Positions 55,655-64,000 of a DNA stretch of 64,000 bases are shown in pieces. The notes under the pieces were generated by a model. The model worked only from the letters and a program-made list of their open reading frames with translations. It had not been told where the DNA came from and ran no database searches. Source of the DNA: the human T2T-CHM13v2.0 reference genome, Homo sapiens. How positions within the stretch are numbered: the first letter of the stretch is position 1; each line of letters begins with the position of its first letter. The translations under genes were made by a program, and so were the position numbers. Location of the stretch: the NCBI GenBank assembly GCA_009914755.4, contig CP068257.2:19072001-19136000 (forward strand), given 5' to 3'.

Positions 55655-55740
55655 ACTCCATTTTTTCTAGTCACTAGAATAATGCTAGGCATATGACAGA
55701 TGCTCAATGAATATTTGTTGAATGAACAACAATATATGAA
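55655..55740 (+). mobile_element. MIR (mammalian-wide interspersed repeat) 3' fragment
   Basis: AATAATGCTAGGCATATGACAGATGCTCAATGAATATTTGTTGAATGAA resembles the MIR 3' motif ...AGTGCCTGGCACATAGTAAGCGCTCAATAAATGTT.... Confidence 0.4.
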
Positions 55741-56308
55741 AAGCCTTTTTAAATTAGAAGCACCATATGAATGAAGATATTTGTTATCATCGTAATTTTT
55801 TAAGAATATCAAGAATCTAAGACTGCTTAGACTTCTAAAGTTTTATGCTGCATGTTCTTCGAGTTTGTTTGTATGGACTCTTTTGGCAGTTGTATGACAG
55901 CTTTCATGCCCTTCTCAGAATATTTTTACATCCTTATAATAAACTCTTAAGAAAAAACCTACAAATATGTTGAAATAAAGACACAAAATAATTTATAAGT
56001 TTTTTTGTTATACTAATATGAGTGTCTCACTCTTAAGTACATTAATATGTTTTAGCAAGATGCAGTGTAGTAATCATGATTGCAAAGTAGTGATGAATGT
56101 AATTACATGAATATACAATATCTCTAATGGGATAGTGCAAGGAAAATATGTATGATTTTCATTGGTAACAAAGTACTCCAAATACCACTGTGATCTGTTA
56201 TCCTCAGTTATGATTGAAATAAAAAAGATGTTAAATTTCAGTTGAAGACTGGAGAAGGCAAATGTATAAGGTTTTTATTATTTTCCCATCTGAGTTTATG
56301 AACTCATG

Positions 56309-58723
56309 CAGGCGTACCTGGAAGATATTGCAGATTCAGTGCCAGACCATCTCGGTAAAGCAAATATCTCACTAAAGCAAATCACACAAATCTTTTGGTT
56401 GCTGGTGCAAATAGAACTCCTGTATACAATATATAGTAGTCTAATAAGTGTACGATGGCATATGTCTAAAAATGTATATACCTTAATTTAGAATATTTTA
56501 TTCATACAAATTATTTAATAATCATGTGAGCCTTCAATGAGTCTTTTGTTGTTGTAGTTGTTGTTGTTGTTGATGGAGTGTGTCAACATAGATGGCTGCT
56601 GACTGATCAGGGTGATGTGCTGAAGGTAGGGGTGGCTGTGGCAATTTCTTAAAGTAACACAAAAATGATGTTTATCAGATCAATTGACTCTTCCTTTTAG
56701 GAAAGATTTGTCTGTGGCACACAATACTGTTTGATAGCATTTTACCCATGGAAGAACTTTCAAAATTGGAATCAATCTTTGCAAATCCTGCCTCTGCTTT
56801 ATCAACTACATTATGGACTATTCTTAATCCTTTGTTGTCATTTTAACAATGTTCACAGCGTCTTCACCAGGAATAGATTCTGTCTCAAGAAACCACTTTC
56901 TTTGCTCATCCATAAGAAGCAATTCCTCATGTGTTCAAGTTTTAGAATGAGATTGCAGCAATTCCTTGACATCTTCAGGCTACACTGTCAATTCTAGTTC
57001 TTTTGCTATTTCTACCACATCTGCTGTTAATCCCTCTACTGAAGTTTTGAAGCCCTCAAAGTCATCCAAGAGGGTTGTGATCAACTTCATCCAAACTCCT
57101 GAAAATATCAATATGAATCTATCTCCCATGAATCACTAATGTTCTTAATGGTGTCTAGAATGGTGAATATTTTCCAGGAGGTTTTCAATTTACTTTTCCA
57201 CAATCCATCAGAGGAATCCCAATCTATGGCAGCTATAGTCTTACAAAATAAGACTTGAACAGAGAAATTACTCCTTGGTCATGGGCTGCAGAATGGATGT
57301 TGTGTTAGCAGGTATAAAAACAACAATCTCCTTGTACATTTCCATTAGAGCTCTTGGGTGACCAGGGACATTGTCAATGAGCTGTATAATTTTGAAAGGA
57401 ATCTTTTTTCTGAACAGTAGGTTTCAACTGTGGACTTAAAACATTCAGTAAAGCATGTTGTAAACAGATGTACTGTCATTCAGCCTTTGTTTCATTTCTA
57501 GAACACAGGATATGTAAATTTAGCATAATTCTGAAGGTCCCTAGGATTATCGGAAAGGTCAATGAGCATTAGCTTCAACTTAAAGTCAGCAGTTGCATTA
57601 ATCCCCACCAAGAGAATCAGTCTATTCTTTGAAGCCAGGCATTGAATTCTCTTCTGTAGCTATGAAAGTCTTAGATAGCGTCCTCTTCTAATAGAAGACT
57701 ATTTTCATCTACATTGAAAATATGTTGTTTAGAATAGTCACTTTTTATCAATTATCTTACTAAATATTTGTAATAACTTTCTACAATTTCCACATCAGCA
57801 CTTGCTGTTTCATCTTGCCCTTTTATGATATGTAGACAACTTATTTTCTTAAACCTCATTAACTGATCTTTGCTGGCTTCCAGCTTTTTTTTTCTGCAGC
57901 TTTCTTGCCTCTCGCAGCCTTCACAAAACTGAAAAGAGTTAGGGCCTTGCTCTGGATTAGGCTTTAGCTTAAAGGAATGCTGTGATTTGTCTGATCTTTT
58001 ATCCAGACCACTAAAACTTTCTCAATATCAGCAATAAGGCTGTTTTGCTTTTTTGATCATTTACATGTTAGTGAAATAGCACTTCTAATTTTCTTCAAGG
58101 ACTTTTCCTTTGCATTTACAAATTGGCTGTTTCACACAAGAGCCTTAGCTTTCAGTCTATCTTGGCTTTAGACATGCCTTCCTCACTAAGCTTTATAATC
58201 ATTTCTAGTTTTTTATTTAAAGTGAGAGGTGTGTCCTTGCCTTTCACTTGAACACTTCGAGGCCATGGTATGGTTATCAATTGACCCAATTTTAATATTG
58301 TTGTGTGCCTCAGGGAATAGAGTAGTTTGAAGAGAAGGAGAGTGATGGAGGATATGACAGTTAGTAGAGCAGGCAGAACTCACACATTTATCGATTAAAT
58401 GTGCCATATTATATAGGCACAGTCTGTGGAGCCTCCTCCCTCCCAAATTATAATAAAGCATCAAAGTTTGCTGATCATAGTTTATCATAACAGGTGATTT
58501 TCATAATGAAAATGTTTGAACTATTACAGGAATTATCAAAATGTGGCACAGAGACATGAAGTGAGCATACGCCATAGGAAAAATGTCACCAACAGACTAG
58601 CTCAATACAGAGTTCCCACAATCCTTCAATTTTCAAGGAAAAAAAAAAGAAAGAGGAAAGAAAAAATCCCACAATAACTTCAAAGGGTAATAAGGCTAAG
58701 TTCATTAAAACAAGATATGCCTA
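56309..58723 (-). mobile_element. Tigger1 DNA transposon (pogo/Tc1-mariner superfamily), essentially full length at about 2.4 kb, antisense, with a decayed transposase ORF
   Basis: The terminus CAGGCGTACCTGGAAGATATTGCAGATTCAGTGCCAGACCATC matches Tigger1 CAGGCATACCTCGGAGATATTGCGGGTTCGGTTCCAGACCACC. Internally, ...GATGGCTGCTGACTGATCAGGGTG..GCTGAAGGT.GGGGTGGCTGTGGCAATTTCTTAAA... and ...GAGCTCTTGGGTGACCAGGGACATTGTCAATGAGC...AATTTTGAAAGGAATC matches the antisense of the DDE-region codons ...IPFKILLLIDNAPGHPRAL.... The other terminus is ...CCTTCAATTTTCAAGG...TTCATTAAAACAAGATATGCCTA, matching Tigger1 ...CCTTCAATTTGTAAAAAACGC...GCAATAAAACAAGGTATGCCTG. Confidence 0.85.
56600..58300 (-). pseudogene. 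Tigger1 pogo-like transposase relic, with a CENP-B-like DNA-binding domain plus DDE domain, disrupted by frameshifts and stops
   Basis: The six-frame track shows no antisense ORF longer than 91 aa across the Tigger1 body. Nucleotide collinearity with the Tigger1 transposase coding region is nonetheless clear. Confidence 0.6.
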
Positions 58724-59659
58724 TATTGTATTCATAAAACTATTTTTAATATATAATAGAATTATGTAATTCATAAAACTCTTGAATGACTTGAGACTCC
58801 AGATTAAGATTCCCCGTCTAATGAAAATGTGTGTTTCTTGAAATGCTACTCATTTGCAAGAGTAGAAGATACTGTCTTTAAAAATTTAACAACAATGATC
58901 GATATCATAGAATATCTGACTATATATATATCCACAGGAATTTTATGAAAGAATACAAGATAGTAGAAATAAAATTCATACAAATTTTCTTACTGTGAGT
59001 GAATCAGGGAGACTTCTCTTTCCCTACAAAATGGTGTTTGCTTTTAAAATAGGTATCTTGGGAACCGTAGCTATTTCACAGAAGAAAGATCTGAAACAGT
59101 CTAGTGCTTAGGTTTCCAGAGTTGGCTGCAAAACAGCTCTCTTGAAAGCTTCTGATAGAATCCAGAGATAAAGAGCCAAAGGTATCAGAGAGGTCTGCCA
59201 AAAGAGTCTATAGAATTGGAAGTATTTGTAGAGAAGTGTCCCTAAGGTCACTGATAAAAACTAGAGGATAGTCCACGGAGATAAGAAACTACCAAGCATA
59301 AGAGAATAAAAAATTTCTGCTGAGAAATACCGAGCTAATCCATCAACTTTATTTTTTTAGTCCTTTTCTATTTCACTTTTCTTCAATAAAGTCTTTGTTT
59401 TGACACTGTAGAAAGGTTTTCACAAACAGTTAGTAATGGAAAAATAAAACAATCCTTAAATTTACTTTCTAAGACAAGTTTATGCGCTACAAAAGAAGGT
59501 AGAAAGTTGACAGTTTTTACTATATTTGGGCTAACTATAAGCAAGTAGAGTTTACAAAACCATGGTGGGGATTTATGTAGTTGGTTCAACTAAATGGAAT
59601 TCTGGCTTTTAGTGGAGAAAAAAGTAGAGGATACATTAGACAACCAAAATTTATTTCTA

Positions 59660-59956
<297 letters not shown>

Positions 59957-60920
59957 ACAAAATTTATTTCTCTCATCCAAAAAATATGGCTTCATACAAT
60001 ATAACTCATTTAATAAAAGTTTATACATTAAAACTACTTTCTACTTAGGATGGATTATAGAATTGTGAGGGAAAGAATCAATATTTCTTGATCACTAATG
60101 TTTACCAGATATTTTACTTGGTGTAAACAAATGTACCATAAAAACTAATTGCTGAAGAATGATAGAAAAGACACTTTAGATGCATAAGAATCATAGAAAA
60201 GTCACTTTAGATGTTTGCCCCTAATATTCTTGGATCACTGGACACCACCTACCAAAAATAAAAACCTCAGACCATTACTCTGCTTAGGACTCCAGGAATC
60301 CCCAAAGTTAGAAATTTCTCATAAAAATCCTACTGTTTGATGGCCTATAGATCTCTGACCTAATTGTTTTTTTATCATGCTATTGACTCTTCAGTTGCTT
60401 CTATTCTGTATTAATTCATCTGCAGCAATCTGCTATATGAAGAGTGTTTCTGTTGTTTTAACATCACTGAACTATACTTGATCTCTGACAACCTTAGAGA
60501 AATTAGTCACTCTGCAGCCACAGCTTTGAGCTCGCCACCATCTTTGCCCATTTCTATATCTCTGGGTTTACTTCTCTCTTCAGAGCTTAGGAAAATAGAT
60601 TCCCTTTACCATGCTTGACTAGTGTAGGAAAACATTAGAAAGCAGAAGATCTTACCACGCAGTTACACAGGTGTTACAGATCTTACTATGAAGTATTCTT
60701 TCCAGGATTCCCAAGGTGAGAATGTCGACAGGTTCAGGAACAACCTTATACTCTATCCAGAATGGCTGCTTCATGCTAGCATGCGGGCCCTCTGCTGAGT
60801 CTAGCTCCCTACCCCAGCGTTCTTTCTCTTTAATAGGCAAATTTTCTCTAAGGCAGCTCATTGTCTTTTCCTGTAATCCACATTTTATGGCATTTTATTC
60901 CCACCATCATTCTGTCAGAT

Positions 60921-61235
<315 letters not shown>

Positions 61236-61934
61236 TGAGTCTCTCTTTTCCATATTTCATGAGGACCTGTGACTAAATCTGGGAGGGTTGGGGTTAGATA
61301 CAAGCCTAAAAATTATTACACATTTTATAATAAGGAGTTTGTGCTTGCCCAGAAAAATATTTGGTAATTCTTAGGAGGCAGACTAATGACATTGGCCAGC
61401 TTAACCAATTTATCTCAAACTCAGGGCAACCTGTTCCACAGTCCCTGACACACACATCATTTCACCAAAGTTCTTGCTATAACTCAGTGTTGTTCTTTAG
61501 AATTGTCATCTTATGTTTAATAATTTAAAAGATTGAAATCAAATAAGAAATGGCAAAATTTGAGCAAATAAGTTAGATGTAAATCCCCAAATACAGATAC
61601 CATCATTCCAAATGTCATCCGCATCATAACAATTAATTGACTAAAAAGAATAATACGTGCAATGTTTTTCTTTGTAACCTCAGCACACGGACTAACACTA
61701 TCAAATAAACTCAGACTGAGAATCTTTTTTCCTGAGTTAAAATCAGCATAATTTTGCTTTTAATTTTGGAAACTCAGGAGAAAAATGACCTTCCTTATTC
61801 ATCCTGACTCTTTATCAAACTGTTCGATCTCTTTTCAATATTTTGTGGTAGGCTAGTAGTTATATTCATGGTCTCTGGAAACCACAATCAAACCTTATCC
61901 AAATTCCACGTCAACTACTGACTGAATGATTTGA

Positions 61935-62263
<329 letters not shown>

Positions 62264-62295
62264 AAGTCTTGTTTTTGAAGAAAGAAGATGATATT

Positions 62296-62800
62296 TATCA
62301 TCCCATTACTGGGTATATACCCAGAGGAGTATAAATCATTCTACTATGAAGACACATGCACACATATGTTTATTGAAGCACTATTTACAATAGCAAAGAC
62401 AGGGAACCGACCCAAATGCCCATCAATGATACACTGGATAAAGAAAATGTGGTACATATACATCATGGAATACTATGCAGCCATAAAAAAGGAATGATAT
62501 TATGTCCTTTGCAGGGACATGGATGAAGCTGGAAACCATCATCCTCAGGAAATTAACACAGGGACCAAGCACCACATGTTCTCCCTCATAAGTGGGAGTT
62601 GAACAATGAGAATGCATGGACATGAGGAGGGGAACATCACACACCAGGGCCTGTTGGGGAGTGGGGATTGAGGTGAAGGAACTTAGAGGATGAGTCAATA
62701 GGTGCAGTAAACCACCATGGCACACATATACCTATGTAACAGCATAACAGGTGTATACCCCTGCACATTCTGCATGTGTCTCCCCTAACTTAAAATAAAT
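62296..62800 (+). mobile_element. LINE-1 (L1PA/L1PB-like) 3' end, covering ORF2 C-terminus and 3'UTR, sense
   Basis: ATCATCCCATTACTGGGTATATACCCAGAGGAGTATAAATCATTCTACTATGAAGACACATGCACACATATGTTTATTGAAGCACTATTTACAATAGCAAAGACAGGGAACCGACCCAAATGCCCATCAATGATACACTGGATAAAGAAAATGTGGTACATATACATCATGGAATACTATGCAGCCATAAAAAAGGAATGA...TATGTAACAGCATAACAGGTGTATACCCCTGCACATTCTGCATGTGTCTCCCCTAACTTAAAATAAA is almost base-for-base the L1 3' terminal region. Confidence 0.9.
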
Positions 62801-62804
62801 GTTT

Positions 62805-63220
<416 letters not shown>

Positions 63221-64000
63221 TCAAATAGGTGGAATAATAAATTTGCAGAAATGAGGAGCAGAAAAGGAAGTGTTCACTTTCAGGTTTAGTTTTTCAAAAA
63301 CTTCAGGTGAAAACCGTGATCTCAGGTGAAAGCCAAGTATCATTGGAACAAAAATGCGAGGGAAAGATGAGGGGAGATTTTTTGGCTAAAAACATGTCAC
63401 TATTTAATAGCAAATCATGCGATTTAAAAATACAATGGAAGAATTTCAGAATTTGGGGTGAAAGTCAATGGGGTCAGGTTAAGCAATTTAAAGATCCACG
63501 TAGATATGTGTTTCCAGGAAATGAAGCATAACAGAATTTCGTGGTGTTTTATGATACCCGATAGGCAAAAACAAAGGACATAATCAGATTTTTCTTCATG
63601 CCTTCTAAGGCTGATTGTCATGGTGACATTGTGGGAAGAAGAAAGAGGCTTTTGCTGGAAATACGGAGAATGTATTGGTTCCATCTAATCTTTATCGTTT
63701 TCTCCATCACAAGTGTTGAAGAAGTCAAAAGGGTGTGCGGAGTTATAGGATTTGCGCTATGGTACCAACAAATTCAAACAATAAAATCTTGGGAAGCATT
63801 CAACCTTCCATGTAAGATAGCATTCCAGTTTACTAGCAAATCTTACCAGAGTTTATTTTCTATGTGGATGAAGAGCCTAATAAAAGTCCCAATTAGCTTG
63901 GCATTCACTTCTGTGAAATTAGTAATGCGTATGTACATAATTAGATGTTAGACTAGAGAAATTACTGGAATCATGTATATGATTCCATTGCTAAAGATTT

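Overview
This window is primate (almost certainly human) nuclear DNA, not a prokaryotic or viral locus. It contains at least 14 Alu SINEs in both orientations, several with intact poly-A tails and target-site duplications. It also contains several LINE-1 fragments, including an ancient L1 about 3 kb long with a recognisable but shattered ORF2. Other mobile elements are a full-length Tigger1 (pogo-like) DNA transposon, MaLR LTRs (THE1/MST-type and MLT1-type), and an MIR fragment. There are many microsatellites, a higher-order minisatellite, and several tandem duplications. The supplied six-frame ORFs are all short (167 aa at most) and fall inside repeats or low-complexity DNA. I see no intact protein-coding gene, no CpG island and no convincing exon. 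The window looks like a repeat-rich intron or gene desert of AT-rich genomic DNA. I found no operon-like or defence-island-like system, and I do not think one is present. The parts worth a second look are structural. One is a roughly 270-bp palindromic AT-rich compound repeat. Another is a 230-bp nested-palindrome MITE-like element that I could not assign to a family. Others are a ~16-bp minisatellite organised into ~100-bp higher-order units, perfect young tandem duplications, a possible degraded ERV-like block, and a head-to-head L1 junction. All coordinates were counted by eye from the line numbering and may be off by a few bases. Family names are assigned from recalled consensus sequences, not from a database search.
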